A stretch of DNA of 64,000 bases, from the IMG/VR virus record IMGVR_UViG_3300047287_000420, positions 1 through 64,000 of that record, one strand, 5' to 3'. The DNA comes from a virus. The stretch's first letter is position 1; every line of letters begins with the position of its first letter. The translations under genes were made by a program, and so were the position numbers. Positions 1 through 10,302 of this stretch are shown here, piece after piece. The notes under the pieces were generated by a model. That model was not told the origin of the DNA and searched no databases. It worked only from the letters and a program-made list of their open reading frames with translations.

Positions 1-1154
1 CCACCGCCACCACCGCCACCGGCTTTAGCGCCTCCTCCGCCGCCGCCAATCACGCTGGCTACAGCTGCCGCAAAGGGCGCAGCCGCTCCTCCAGCCTTAG
101 CTCCGCCACCCTGTCCGCCGCCGGATAAAACACTCCGAGGAACAACAATCGGACTAGTGGTAGTTCTTGCAGGCTGACCTCCTTGACCTTTAATTGGAGA
201 AGTCGCGGGTTTAGTGGTAGTACTAAAACCAGCATAAGCGGAGCCTTGGTTGAGCTTCAGCCCTTGCATAGGGGCCAGCGCTTTTGCAGCTGCAGTTCCT
301 GGAGTTGTGGAGATTTTTCCACTAGTAAGAGCGTTAACTAAACCAGCCCCAATCGCAACGTTTTTATTCTGTGCACTAGCCATCACTTGCGCAACCGTGC
401 GTCCCTGAGCTTTGGCTATGCTCGAAGCTTCTTGTTTACTGAGCACAGGGCCAGCGCCAGCAAGTCCTTTGACCTTTTGACCCGCTAAACGAACTGTGGG
501 CTCGGTCGTACCGGGCACAGACGTAGTATCTGTAGTAGCAGTAGTCCCACTTTCCCCACCGGTGCTTGAAGAAGGTGGCGAAAGATAATCAGGGAGCCTA
601 ACGTTACCAGACATTATTTCATCGTAAAGACCACCTTTGCCGGGTTTGTGAGGCTCACCTAGTAATTGAGTATTTTGAGTGACCCATTCTTTTAGATATT
701 CTTTTGGCACCCCGGCTTCAAGATTTCTGAAATAATCCACATGGCCAAATAATGTAGGACTTTGGCCTTTGGATACATCAACGTTGTAAGTCTTTTCGGT
801 TTCCTGTGGGGGTTCAAAACGAGGCATATTGATTGTTATGTTCGAAACACCGCCGCCAAGAGGAGTTGGTTGAACAGCAGCAGGAGTGACAGGAGCAGGT
901 AATGTTTCTGTGGGAGCGGTCAAACTAAAAGTGGTTTCCTGTGCAGGAGTCTTTGGCGTTTGATACGTTAAAGTTCCAGGACTACGCCCTTTTAAATAGC
1001 TAGTAACTTCAAACGAAGGAATCAAATCACCAAAACCAGTGGCTTCGCCTCCTCCGTCTTCAAACAACCCACTAAGATCAAGCCCGAAGAGAGTACCGGC
1101 TTTACGCAGGACATCAAAACGTTGCTTATCGGACGCGCTAGGAGTTGCAGTCAT
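1..1154 (-). CDS. Partial (runs off the window) Gly/Ala/Thr/Pro-rich protein, probably virion-associated
   Basis: Not in the ORF track. ATG at 1154 gives MTATPSASDKQRFDVLRKAG... and stays open to the window edge, ending in poly-Gly/Ala. Confidence 0.75.
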   Translation of the reverse strand, partial: MTATPSASDKQRFDVLRKAGTLFGLDLSGLFEDGGGEATGFGDLIPSFEVTSYLKGRSPGTLTYQTPKTPAQETTFSLTAPTETLPAPVTPAAVQPTPLGGGVSNITINMPRFEPPQETEKTYNVDVSKGQSPTLFGHVDYFRNLEAGVPKEYLKEWVTQNTQLLGEPHKPGKGGLYDEIMSGNVRLPDYLSPPSSSTGGESGTTATTDTTSVPGTTEPTVRLAGQKVKGLAGAGPVLSKQEASSIAKAQGRTVAQVMASAQNKNVAIGAGLVNALTSGKISTTPGTAAAKALAPMQGLKLNQGSAYAGFSTTTKPATSPIKGQGGQPARTTTSPIVVPRSVLSGGGQGGGAKAGGAAAPFAAAVASVIGGGGGGAKAGGGGGG

Positions 1155-1249
1155 AGTAAAAAGCCGGATCGCTTAGCCGAAACCAGTCTCTATCACACCA
1201 GTATAACCGCAACTCTTAAGGAGCTTTAAGACTCGTCAGTTGAATAAAA

Positions 1250-2131
1250 CTAAGAAGCATCAAGCATCTCTGATAAATCTAAAACACAGCCTTCTTTCTC
1301 TAAACACTTACTGTACTTAGTATCACAGTGTTCGACTAAGCCACAAGGGGCTATGTGTACTCTATTGCCCGTTTTAACTATAGGTACTACACGACGATGC
1401 TCCCTTTCTGCAGGAGGGTTTTCAAAAGCAAGTCCCATAGAACTGCGATCAGCTATAGGCCAACAACGAAACTGCGTCAACTCAAAACTTCTTATAGGGT
1501 CGAAACTGGCTGAGGATACGTAACGTTCTGCCATATCTTGATCAAGTATCATCATCCCCATATAAGGATTTCCAAGTGATATAAAACCAATAAACCAATC
1601 GTCACGAGGAGCTAGATAAGCCCCAACTTTGTATGGCCGATCTCCCCAAACATTTTCAGTTAGCCCATTTAACTTCCAAACTCTATGGTTATCAAAAGGA
1701 ACCATTTTTGATTGATAAGACTCGTATCTACAGAAACCTGGTTCCAGATTTATTTTCTTGAGTCTGTCTTTGTACAAATACCAGTAAATAAAGTTTTCGC
1801 TATTAAATACCATATCGTTTTCTGTATAAACGTAGAAGTCATAGTATTTGTTTATAACGGCTTCCCGAAGCAAACCTTTATGAGCCCAAGTAAGAGCAAA
1901 ACCCTCCCACTCACTAGAAGCTACGACAACAGTTAATTTATTAAAACTTACATTAGGCGCTAGCAAATCCTCTAATTCTGCCTTATCGCCCTCATGGTCT
2001 GCGTCTATATAGATAAAAACATCCTTGACTCCGGGTATCTCTTCATAACCACGCAGGGTTTTTAGTAATGCGTCGAATCTCGAAAGAGGATCGTGGGCGG
2101 TGACAAGAATTAGAAATGTATGGTCGTGCAT
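1250..2131 (-). CDS. Putative GT-A fold glycosyltransferase
   Basis: N-terminal beta strand LILVTAH and DxD-like motif YDFYVYTENDM. Overlaps the terL stop codon. Confidence 0.55.
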   Translation of the reverse strand: MHDHTFLILVTAHDPLSRFDALLKTLRGYEEIPGVKDVFIYIDADHEGDKAELEDLLAPNVSFNKLTVVVASSEWEGFALTWAHKGLLREAVINKYYDFYVYTENDMVFNSENFIYWYLYKDRLKKINLEPGFCRYESYQSKMVPFDNHRVWKLNGLTENVWGDRPYKVGAYLAPRDDWFIGFISLGNPYMGMMILDQDMAERYVSSASFDPIRSFELTQFRCWPIADRSSMGLAFENPPAEREHRRVVPIVKTGNRVHIAPCGLVEHCDTKYSKCLEKEGCVLDLSEMLDAS

Positions 2132-3654
2132 CAGAACTCCATCTCGAAATTACCGCGTCTCTGCAAGTAACACACTAGGTGTGTATAAGCATCCAACAAG
2201 TCATCGTGAGAAGTAGCTCCAATATTTATCAGTTGATCAAACAAAGCGTCAAACTTACGGAAGCGATTGAATATAACTTTTTTATTTTCAAGCAAACCGA
2301 GCGTACCCCGGAAGCGAGCAATTTTATCTCCCCTAAACCCTTTCACTTCGTGGATGTGGAGGTTGCCCAGTCCCCATTCGTTCAGCATAACCCGTCTCAA
2401 GTCAGCAGCCAGTGAAGCTTGATACGCGACTGACTCAACAACCAAAGTACAAGTGGAGTAAGTAGGAAAGTACTTGCCGTCGTTGTCTTCCTGCAGAATT
2501 CCCCACTCAACCAACATTTTGCATAACAGATCTATCTTCTCAAGGTTTCCGATAGAGCGCACCTGATGCGCATCGATAATATAGTACTTATCTTTTAACC
2601 TACCTCCTAAAACAAAAGCCGTATAGTCTGACGTTTCGTTCTTGCTAGCAGATAAGTCGATGCCCACGGCCAGACTATCGAACTCAGTAACAACATCACC
2701 TTTTACTAAGAGGTCTGGCGAAAGGACCAGATCTGATGTCATCACAGGTTGTTGCTGATACTGGAACGCAAAAGCAACAGGATCGAGTTCTTTTTGACCT
2801 AATAAGTAGTCAACGCTCCACTGTTCAGGCCAATAGCTGACTGGTTCGCCGTCATCGTCATAAGTAAGAGCTTCCTGCTGTACCTGTTTCCAACCTTTAT
2901 CAGGAACAAACATCGTCTTATGGATATCTAACGGGTGGAATCGAGTACCCAGACAGATTGCTCGACCACCTTCAAAAATAATCGGAGCGATAACGGAGCT
3001 CCAGTTGTTGTTCATCTCCTCTCTAATAGTAGGGTTTTTAATATCCGTACTAGACTTGATAGGGTCATCTACAATCACAAGGTGCGCACGCTTAGAGGTA
3101 ATAGAGCCTCGAAGTCCTGCTGCCCTTAGAGTGAATTCTTCATCGCCCACACGGCTGATCCCGGCGTAATCAAAATCGATACTCCAGCCGATATCCGACT
3201 GCATACCCGACCGAAGCTGAACCTTCGGAAAGATCTTCTTGTAGGTAGACGAATCGATAATCTGTTTAATGATTCGGCTCTTGGGGATAGCCGTGGCGAT
3301 GTTGTAAGAACAGTAAATAATCTGAAGCGGTAAGCCTGCTGTCGTATGCCTACCTATGATCCAAGCGGTGAACATATTGAGCACAGTACTTTTAGCACTG
3401 CCTCGTGGAGCCAGAATATCAAGATTCGGTCCCGCGATATCGATCAAGTAACGATTGCTGTCTCCCGTTATCAGGTGCTTGTGCCACTCCAGCATATGAG
3501 CTGCTGGGGCTTTATCCATAATTGTACAGAACGTATGAAAATCATCAGCAGCTCTCATAAAGATATTATCTATAGTAGAGCTCTCAGAATCAACTGCTTT
3601 AGCAGCACGCAATTTAAGTGCACGGCGATATGCAAATGTCTCTCTACTTGGCAT
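2131..3654 (-). CDS. terL: Terminase large subunit
   Basis: Walker A APRGSAKST, Walker B VIVDDP, coupling motif GTRFH, nuclease acidic residues GIDLS and HDDLLDA. Confidence 0.93.
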   Translation of the reverse strand: MPSRETFAYRRALKLRAAKAVDSESSTIDNIFMRAADDFHTFCTIMDKAPAAHMLEWHKHLITGDSNRYLIDIAGPNLDILAPRGSAKSTVLNMFTAWIIGRHTTAGLPLQIIYCSYNIATAIPKSRIIKQIIDSSTYKKIFPKVQLRSGMQSDIGWSIDFDYAGISRVGDEEFTLRAAGLRGSITSKRAHLVIVDDPIKSSTDIKNPTIREEMNNNWSSVIAPIIFEGGRAICLGTRFHPLDIHKTMFVPDKGWKQVQQEALTYDDDGEPVSYWPEQWSVDYLLGQKELDPVAFAFQYQQQPVMTSDLVLSPDLLVKGDVVTEFDSLAVGIDLSASKNETSDYTAFVLGGRLKDKYYIIDAHQVRSIGNLEKIDLLCKMLVEWGILQEDNDGKYFPTYSTCTLVVESVAYQASLAADLRRVMLNEWGLGNLHIHEVKGFRGDKIARFRGTLGLLENKKVIFNRFRKFDALFDQLINIGATSHDDLLDAYTHLVCYLQRRGNFEMEF

Positions 3655-3674
3655 TTGTTTTAAAAAAGTGTCTG

Positions 3675-3695
3675 TATACTGTTAGCAAGATTCTA
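3675..3695. promoter_or_regulatory. Two opposed -10-like hexamers between divergent terL and glycosyltransferase genes
   Basis: TATACT (+, 3675-3680) and TAGAAT (-, 3690-3695) in a 48-bp intergenic gap. Confidence 0.5.
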
Positions 3696-3702
3696 CTGCC
3701 AA

Positions 3703-4875
3703 ATGGCAAAAATTCTTTGGTACGGCGACATTCTCTCTAACACCGGTTTTGCTAGAGTTACACACAGTATCTTAGAGCATCTGGGCCGTACGCACGAAAT
3801 AGTGGCTTACGGTATTAATTACACTGGTGATCCGCACGGGCTTCCGTTCAAGATCTACCCAGCAGGTACTCACAATCCCTCTGATCGTTTCGGGATCGGT
3901 CGACTGCCTCAGGTAGTTGAAGCAGAAAAACCGGATTTTATTATCTGTTTAAACGACATCTGGGTCGTTAACCAGGTGTGGGAACGGGTTCATCTTTTAA
4001 GAGATTCGCTGAAGTTTAAGTTCATAGCTTACTTTCCAGTTGACTCAGCTTATTATGTGAGCTCTATGCTCGCATATATCAAAGACTGGGATTTCGCCGT
4101 TACCTTCTCAGTCGAACAGGCTCACCGCCTAATGGCTCAGGGGGTGCAACCGAAGCTGTTAGGTGTAATTCCCCACGGCTTGGATCAAGGGAAGTTTTTC
4201 CCGATGGATCAAAACGAAGCGCGTCGGATGCTTCGTCTTCCTGAAGATAAGTTCATCGTTCTCAACGCGAACCGAAATCAACCTCGCAAACAGATCGATC
4301 TCACGATTAAAGCTTTCGTTGAGTTCGCTGTCGATAAGCCAGACACTCTCCTATATCTGCACATGAGCGAGAAAGATCTGGGGTGGGATGTGCGAGCCAT
4401 CTTCGATGCAGAAATGAGGCGAAAAAACCTAAAGTCAGATAACCGTATGATCATGACAACGAGCAATATCGACTACACGAACGCACCGCCAGATGAGCTG
4501 CTGAACAAGATCTATAACGCTTGCGACGTAGGTATTAACACTGCAAACGGCGAAGGCTGGGGTCTAGTTCCTTTCGAACACGCCTCCTGTAAAAAACCCC
4601 TAGTTCTTCCAAACCACACGTCCTTTATCGACATCTGGAAAGGCAGCGCTCTGCTAGCGGACGTTGCAGCTTGGATCTACGACAAAGACCTGAGCGTCGA
4701 ACGCGGCATCGTAGATATTCAGGATGTAGCCGTAAAACTAACAAAACTGTACTCAGATAAAACTTTTTATAACCAAGTAGCTGAGGACTGCTACAAAGTC
4801 ACCCAGAACCCCTCGTACAGGTGGGATCGCATCGCTGAAGGATTCAACAAAGCCATGGAGGAACTCAACAAATGA
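3703..4875 (+). CDS. GT-B (GT4-like) glycosyltransferase
   Basis: TGFARV N-terminal motif, NRNQPRK, and EGWGLVPFE (E-x7-E). Confidence 0.88.
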   Translation: MAKILWYGDILSNTGFARVTHSILEHLGRTHEIVAYGINYTGDPHGLPFKIYPAGTHNPSDRFGIGRLPQVVEAEKPDFIICLNDIWVVNQVWERVHLLRDSLKFKFIAYFPVDSAYYVSSMLAYIKDWDFAVTFSVEQAHRLMAQGVQPKLLGVIPHGLDQGKFFPMDQNEARRMLRLPEDKFIVLNANRNQPRKQIDLTIKAFVEFAVDKPDTLLYLHMSEKDLGWDVRAIFDAEMRRKNLKSDNRMIMTTSNIDYTNAPPDELLNKIYNACDVGINTANGEGWGLVPFEHASCKKPLVLPNHTSFIDIWKGSALLADVAAWIYDKDLSVERGIVDIQDVAVKLTKLYSDKTFYNQVAEDCYKVTQNPSYRWDRIAEGFNKAMEELNK

Positions 4876-5960
4876 GCACACAGTTTCACCGCTATCGCAC
4901 GTACCACAACAACGTAATCCAGAGAGCTTTCGCTCCTACTAAATCTGGATTCCCTTCTGTATTCGATCAGGCTTACGAAATCGGAGGAACGTTCACAAAG
5001 ATCTCCTCAGGGCTGCCCGAAAACAGCTTCGCTAACTTCAGCCCCTGTGTCATCAAACATCGCGGAGCGACTTTAATCGCGTGGCGATCTCAGCCTGAAC
5101 ATTTTGTGTTTAGGCACGATATGAAGTACTTCTACTACAACAACACACCCACAGACATTTGGGTCGGGCAGCTTCTTTCCGATGATACTATCGTCGCGCC
5201 GCGGAAGCTTATCAATAAAAAACACCGGTTGAGCTACGAAGACCCGCGAATCTTTATTTCGCCTGACGACAACCTCCTGTGTCAGTTCGTCACGAGCACC
5301 TACGCAACAAAGTGGGACTCGACAAAGCACAAAATGATCAAGACACCAAAAATTTGTACAGGTGTCATTAACGAATTCGGAGAACTTGTAGATCGTTTTT
5401 ATCCTCCTATCGGCGATAACTTCGAGGACGGCAAATCAGAAAAGAACTGGTGTTTCTTCTCTGATGACAATCACCTGCGTCTCCTTTATTCCACGCAGCC
5501 TATCGTCATCAAAACCCCGAGCGAAGCGGATAAAGTTATCGACTCAACTTGCTTGAAGCAAGTAACGAGCGAGCACCCAACATTCAACTCAACAGCTCCT
5601 GTCTTGGTAGATGATGAGTGGCTGGTGTTCTTCCACTGGAAATTTATGGCCAGGGAAACTGACCGCCGTCCGTATCTTCTTTATGCCTTAGGTGCTTACA
5701 CCTTAGATAAAGAACTGACAAAGGTCACACGAATGATGAAAGAACCTTTATTTGTGGGTTCGACAAACGACGATTTAGTGACGTGGACAGACCCCGTGGG
5801 TAACGACGTCTCGAATCAACCCGCTTGCATCCTACCTTTCGGTTGTTTTGTCGACGAGAATGACGAGCTAGTCATGTCACTAGGTGTAAATGACTATTAC
5901 ATGGGGATATTCAGGACTCCTGTGCTTAACGTGTTAAGCTTATTGGAGCCCGTCAAATAA
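4872..5960 (+). CDS. Five-bladed beta-propeller glycoside hydrolase/transferase-like protein (GH130/DUF377/GT91-like)
   Basis: NFSPCVI, YEDPRIF, EKNWCFF and terminal LGVND motifs. Coupled to the GT4 gene. Confidence 0.6.
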   Translation: MSTQFHRYRTYHNNVIQRAFAPTKSGFPSVFDQAYEIGGTFTKISSGLPENSFANFSPCVIKHRGATLIAWRSQPEHFVFRHDMKYFYYNNTPTDIWVGQLLSDDTIVAPRKLINKKHRLSYEDPRIFISPDDNLLCQFVTSTYATKWDSTKHKMIKTPKICTGVINEFGELVDRFYPPIGDNFEDGKSEKNWCFFSDDNHLRLLYSTQPIVIKTPSEADKVIDSTCLKQVTSEHPTFNSTAPVLVDDEWLVFFHWKFMARETDRRPYLLYALGAYTLDKELTKVTRMMKEPLFVGSTNDDLVTWTDPVGNDVSNQPACILPFGCFVDENDELVMSLGVNDYYMGIFRTPVLNVLSLLEPVK

Positions 5961-5998
5961 GAGGTTCTCTAACACCTCTAATATTTGCTTAAGCCAAA

Positions 5999-6037
5999 CG
6001 GGTCAGAGGGTAGGCTTTTGTCTACCTTCGCAACCCG
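5999..6037. terminator. Long hairpin between convergent genes
   Basis: CGGGT-CAGAGGGTAGGC-TTTT-GTCTACCTTC-GCA-ACCCG. Confidence 0.5.
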
Positions 6038-6042
6038 AGCTA

Positions 6043-6573
6043 TCAGGATTTCTCTTCTTTCTCGATCGTGCTCCACACGACGAGCGACGCATCTTCTAAG
6101 AGAGAGAACATAGTAGGTGCGTCTTCAAAACTATTGAGTAGCTCACGTAAGCAACGATCAGCGCCAGCGAGTAACAAGCCGCGTCGATCTAGACCATCCG
6201 TGAGCTGACGAACAGCTTGAATGTGTGAACGGATCTCCTTCTGTAGCACCGCAATCTTGGTAGCCGCAGTGGCGTAATCCAACATGCCCGTAAGGGTCAT
6301 CTGCCTTACGTTATGGAGATCGGTTTTTAACGAATCGATCTCAATCAGCAAGACCTTACGAAGATCTTCCTTCGGGTATTTCTCTTGTACCCACGCTGTT
6401 AAATCGGCGATTGAGCCTGTGTAGCTGGGTTTTAAAAACCGTGCATATAGATAAGCCTCGATGTCACTCGCGGCGTTCTTCGCATAATGCTTAAAAGCAT
6501 CCTGCTGAGACTTATCTAAAGAACTTAACCAGGTACCAACAGTTGTCGAATCACCAATTGTTGACTTAATCAC
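6043..6573 (-). CDS. Helical hypothetical protein (possible terminase small subunit)
   Basis: 176 aa with a coiled-coil-like C-terminal half, upstream of terL on the same strand. The function is a guess. Confidence 0.55.
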   Translation of the reverse strand: MIKSTIGDSTTVGTWLSSLDKSQQDAFKHYAKNAASDIEAYLYARFLKPSYTGSIADLTAWVQEKYPKEDLRKVLLIEIDSLKTDLHNVRQMTLTGMLDYATAATKIAVLQKEIRSHIQAVRQLTDGLDRRGLLLAGADRCLRELLNSFEDAPTMFSLLEDASLVVWSTIEKEEKS

Positions 6574-7325
6574 GCAAACATCCGAGTACCAGCAAGCGCT
6601 TGGTTAGCTCCAAATTTCTTAAGAGCTAGTTGAGCTTTAGTCGCAGCTTGAGTGCGAGCAAGATCTCCAAGCGTACGCACTTTATCTAATTGAGCCGCAC
6701 TTTCAAACTGTTGAGTGCCGAGAGCCAGACGACCTTCATTTGAAGCGCGAGTCTCAAAGACATCGTTAAGAGTTGTAGCTTGATCTTTAGCTACATCGCC
6801 ACGGAGTTGTTCTTGGTAAGAACGAACGCCGATGTTCGTCATGCCGAGCTGATTAGCTAGTGCGTTCTCACCAGCTAATGCTGCAGACCCAGCTTGAGCG
6901 AGGAGCTGTGGAGCGGCTAACTCAGTCGATAACTTAGCTTGACCTAAGTTATACAGAGTATCTAAACCCTTCCCAGAGGCATAACCAGCCACGGATGCCT
7001 GGAGTGTGGCATCCTTTTGAGCTCGCTGCAGAGCTTCAGTCAACATACTGAGCTGAGCAGAGGCTTTTGTGGTCGCCTCTTGGCCAATAGCGCCAGCTAA
7101 AGCACCTTGAAGGAGGCTTAATCCCTGATAGGCAGCCGTTAAAGGATTATTTTGCGCAGCGATTTGAGCCGCAAACTGTTGATACGGACTAGTTTGAGAA
7201 CTACTGCTGCTACCCCCGCCAAACAAACTACCGATCCCGCCAATAGCGGCGCCTATACCGGTACCCCACGGACCGAAAGCTGAGCCCGCAGCAGCTCCCT
7301 GAGCAGCACCACCAAGGAAAGACAT
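6570..7325 (-). CDS. Putative internal virion/ejection protein with N-terminal glycine zipper
   Basis: MSFLGGAAQGAAAGSAFGPWGTGIGAAIGGIGSLFGG followed by an Ala/Gln-rich helical body. Confidence 0.6.
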   Translation of the reverse strand: MSFLGGAAQGAAAGSAFGPWGTGIGAAIGGIGSLFGGGSSSSSQTSPYQQFAAQIAAQNNPLTAAYQGLSLLQGALAGAIGQEATTKASAQLSMLTEALQRAQKDATLQASVAGYASGKGLDTLYNLGQAKLSTELAAPQLLAQAGSAALAGENALANQLGMTNIGVRSYQEQLRGDVAKDQATTLNDVFETRASNEGRLALGTQQFESAAQLDKVRTLGDLARTQAATKAQLALKKFGANQALAGTRMFA

Positions 7326-7327
7326 GA

Positions 7328-7975
7328 TCAGCTAATAGTGGAGGAAGGGGCGGCAAAACCAGAGCGACCTTGGCCAGCCAAGGAAGCACCGGCTTGTAAA
7401 ACGTTCGGATTCGGAACGCCAGCCGAGTAAGCCAGGTTCATCATGCCAAGCCCAATTTGAGCATTGGCGTTAATTTGAGCTTGAGTGATACCTTGCCATG
7501 CGGCGATTGTGTCGCTTTCGATCTTGCGGCGGGAGAGTTCGCGGGTCTGCTCCATACCCGCTTGACGAGCTAATTCAGCTTGACGCTCGTAGTTAGCAAG
7601 ATCAATTGCTGCACGCTCAGCGTACAGACCAGGATCGATCAGTTTCTCGTAGAGCTTTGCCCGATCAGCTTGCTCAGTCTGAGACATCTCAGCACTCTGA
7701 GCAGCTAACTTTTCAAGCAGAGCAAGCAACGCAGCATTCTGATCAACAGTTGCTGCTTGCGCAGGAGTGCCAGGAGCACCAGGTACAGGGGTGCTGGCTG
7801 TACTCGGAGGAGGAGTAGCCGTGGGATCAGCCTCAGGCTGGCCAAAACCAGCAACAGATTGACTGATCTTGGCTAAGTGAGGCAAAGCACCAAGACCCAC
7901 GGCGCCAGCAATCGGAATACCGATATACTTACCGGCTAAACGAAGGCCGCCACTAGCAAGAGTTCCTAAGCTCAT
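7328..7975 (-). CDS. Putative internal virion protein (Ala/Gln-rich)
   Basis: Hydrophobic Gly-rich N-terminus, Pro/Thr linker, coiled coil. Tightly packed operon. Confidence 0.6.
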   Translation of the reverse strand: MSLGTLASGGLRLAGKYIGIPIAGAVGLGALPHLAKISQSVAGFGQPEADPTATPPPSTASTPVPGAPGTPAQAATVDQNAALLALLEKLAAQSAEMSQTEQADRAKLYEKLIDPGLYAERAAIDLANYERQAELARQAGMEQTRELSRRKIESDTIAAWQGITQAQINANAQIGLGMMNLAYSAGVPNPNVLQAGASLAGQGRSGFAAPSSTIS

Positions 7976-8466
7976 CGTCCCGTTGCCATCGCTGCGACCG
8001 CTGGATCAATACTAGGACGATTTAACAACGATGCGATACCTTGCTGAGCTACACCGCCAGTTGTTTGTGCCTGAGTACCAGCTAATTGTGCAATAGCCGG
8101 AACAACAGCTTGCTGAACTTCTAACTGCTTGCGAGCAAAATCACGCTGGCCAGCTTGAGCAGCAGACTCCCGCAAAGCTGCTTCACGCTCGGCGAGAAAC
8201 TCACCCGCATCCAGGGGTTCCAGTCCGAGCATACTGCGACGGAAATTCTCACTAGCAAAAGCAAGCTCGAGTCGCTGGGCCTCAGGCAGAGTAATCATGT
8301 ACTTACTACCTTGGCCGCCACTCTCCGTCATAGGCTCAAGGCCCGAACGAGTAGCCCCAAACAATCCTGCGGCTCCTTGACCGATGAGCTCGGCAATAAT
8401 CGAGTTAAGCAATTGGCCGCCGCCAATAAACTCAGCCCCTTTACCAGCAACCGTTTGGATGGTCAT
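7972..8466 (-). CDS. Putative internal virion protein
   Basis: Ala/Gly/Gln-rich, ATGA overlap with the next gene. Confidence 0.6.
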   Translation of the reverse strand: MTIQTVAGKGAEFIGGGQLLNSIIAELIGQGAAGLFGATRSGLEPMTESGGQGSKYMITLPEAQRLELAFASENFRRSMLGLEPLDAGEFLAEREAALRESAAQAGQRDFARKQLEVQQAVVPAIAQLAGTQAQTTGGVAQQGIASLLNRPSIDPAVAAMATGR

Positions 8467-8468
8467 AA

Positions 8469-8711
8469 TCAGGAAAGACCAGGATTGTCGTAACCAGTGC
8501 CTGATTTAGGCTTAGTCTGTTTCAATTTTAAACTATCTGCTAACTGTTGGTTATCTAAACCACGCTGCATCTGCTGTGCTGAAGGGAACGCAGACGTCTG
8601 AGGAAAGTTGCTTTCCATATACATCTGCATAAACGTATCCGGATTTAACTCCGGGGAGAGCTTGCGTACGTCACGCTCTCGCAGTTGTTGTTGGCGAGCG
8701 TTGAGTGTCAT
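8469..8711 (-). CDS. Hypothetical protein
   Basis: TAATG coupling with the upstream gene. Confidence 0.6.
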   Translation of the reverse strand: MTLNARQQQLRERDVRKLSPELNPDTFMQMYMESNFPQTSAFPSAQQMQRGLDNQQLADSLKLKQTKPKSGTGYDNPGLS

Positions 8712-9208
8712 TAGCCGAGAGGTTGATAAGCGCGAGAAGCTTCAATACCGTTGGAAGACGGTGCGTTCAAAACGCTGTAATTAGATCCCAGGTTCGGGGT
8801 GTCGTACTCTAAAGGACGCTGAGAAGACAGTCGATCAGACTCTTCATCTTCTTGATCAGCAAGACGCTCAAGAAGCGCCATGATGAGATTGAACTCCTCA
8901 GGATCGAGCATATTAATTAGCTCCATCAAGTAAGCATCCTCGTGGGGACGCTCAGGCTCAGTCCGCAGCCGAGAAGCCAGCTGAGCCTTCTGCATAGGCA
9001 TCGTGTTGTCGGGATACCCATTCAGCGAACGAGTAGCGCCGGTATAAAAACCGTCGCTTTCCTGACCGGGCATCGGGGGGAGACCTTGCCCAAAACGACG
9101 AATAACTTGAGCGGTGGCGGGCGTAGCCGCAGCCATTTCTGCCGGAGTCTGAGGTACCGGAAGCCCGAGAATCCGAGCAGCTAATTCGTAATCGGCTTTA
9201 GAAAACAC
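8711..9208 (-). CDS. Hypothetical protein
   Basis: In-operon ORF of 165 aa. Confidence 0.65.
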   Translation of the reverse strand: MFSKADYELAARILGLPVPQTPAEMAAATPATAQVIRRFGQGLPPMPGQESDGFYTGATRSLNGYPDNTMPMQKAQLASRLRTEPERPHEDAYLMELINMLDPEEFNLIMALLERLADQEDEESDRLSSQRPLEYDTPNLGSNYSVLNAPSSNGIEASRAYQPLG

Positions 9209-9470
9209 CGGATACCACCACAGCTGATTCTTCTATATTACCGCGAATATTTAAAATATCGCCAGGCAGACATTCTAAAGTCATACACAACTTCTCTAGC
9301 ACATCAGGCGATGGTATGTAGTCTGGATCGGTATAAATCTTTCTTGTCGTGGTTGGCGATAAGTTAGCTTGCTTACTTAAAGCAAACGAAGACAGCCTCT
9401 TGGTATCGAGCAGCGTCTTAAGTGTATTTACTAGCTTGCCCGAAGCTGTGTGCGATGAATAAAAAGGCAC
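9198..9470 (-). CDS. Cro/C1 (XRE)-type HTH protein
   Basis: LKTLLDTKRLSSFALSKQANLSPTTTRKI...PSPDVLEKLCMTLECLPGDIL pattern. Confidence 0.8.
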   Translation of the reverse strand: MPFYSSHTASGKLVNTLKTLLDTKRLSSFALSKQANLSPTTTRKIYTDPDYIPSPDVLEKLCMTLECLPGDILNIRGNIEESAVVVSGVF

Positions 9471-9516
9471 GACTCATACACCCGATTTGCACATAATACT
9501 TCGAGATTTAATAAAG

Positions 9517-10290
9517 TTAAAATCCCAGGTGCTTACGACGGCAGAACCCGAGATCAAACGTCGTGAAGCTAGTCGGGAACTCAGGGTTATTAAACGGATG
9601 TTTGTGGGTAGGTTCGTCGATGTGAGCCTGCCAGCCCTCACCCCACTTCATATGCAAATACCTTTTATTTAACTCGTGGGCGATGTGGATCGGCTGAGCC
9701 AGGGACGGGTCAGACCTCCAGGTCTGCGAGCCATCCGAATAATCGTTTTTACTAGTCCCATGAAAATAACCGTGCTCAAGGGATAGAACACGCTTAACAT
9801 CATCGTGTATAAAACGCATACCGTAATCCATATCCTCTGTGTAAGCAGGATATAAATTCTCATCAAATAATCCGTATCGCTGAACCATCCAGTCTTTCAA
9901 AAGAAAGATATCCCAACCACCGCCACAGCCGTGGACAATCCCAACATCCTCAGCCTGTGCTTTCTCGTTCATCTCCTGAAGAAAGCCAGCTTCAAACATC
10001 ACGTCATGGTTTGATATAACCCAATATGGTGCTTGCATAAAGCACTTAATGATTAAGTTCCAAGCACCAGAACAACCAACGTTCGCAGGCATGTGGGTCA
10101 CATGCACTCGCTTTACGAACGGGTTAGCCAACTTACGGACACTTTCTACCGCGTCCGTAATCTGACCCCGACCGTTGTTATTAAATACGACAAAGTTATC
10201 GACCGGGTAGTCGATGCTCATAAAGAGCCTATGGAGCCAATAAGGGTTATTAACGATTGCTGTGCCGAGCACAGGAATAGAAGAACTCAT
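9517..10290 (-). CDS. GT2-like glycosyltransferase
   Basis: NVGCSGAWN, ISNHDV (DxD-like) and GLFDENLYPAYTEDMDY. Confidence 0.8.
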   Translation of the reverse strand: MSSSIPVLGTAIVNNPYWLHRLFMSIDYPVDNFVVFNNNGRGQITDAVESVRKLANPFVKRVHVTHMPANVGCSGAWNLIIKCFMQAPYWVISNHDVMFEAGFLQEMNEKAQAEDVGIVHGCGGGWDIFLLKDWMVQRYGLFDENLYPAYTEDMDYGMRFIHDDVKRVLSLEHGYFHGTSKNDYSDGSQTWRSDPSLAQPIHIAHELNKRYLHMKWGEGWQAHIDEPTHKHPFNNPEFPTSFTTFDLGFCRRKHLGF

Positions 10291-10302
10291 TAGACAGCTG
10301 AT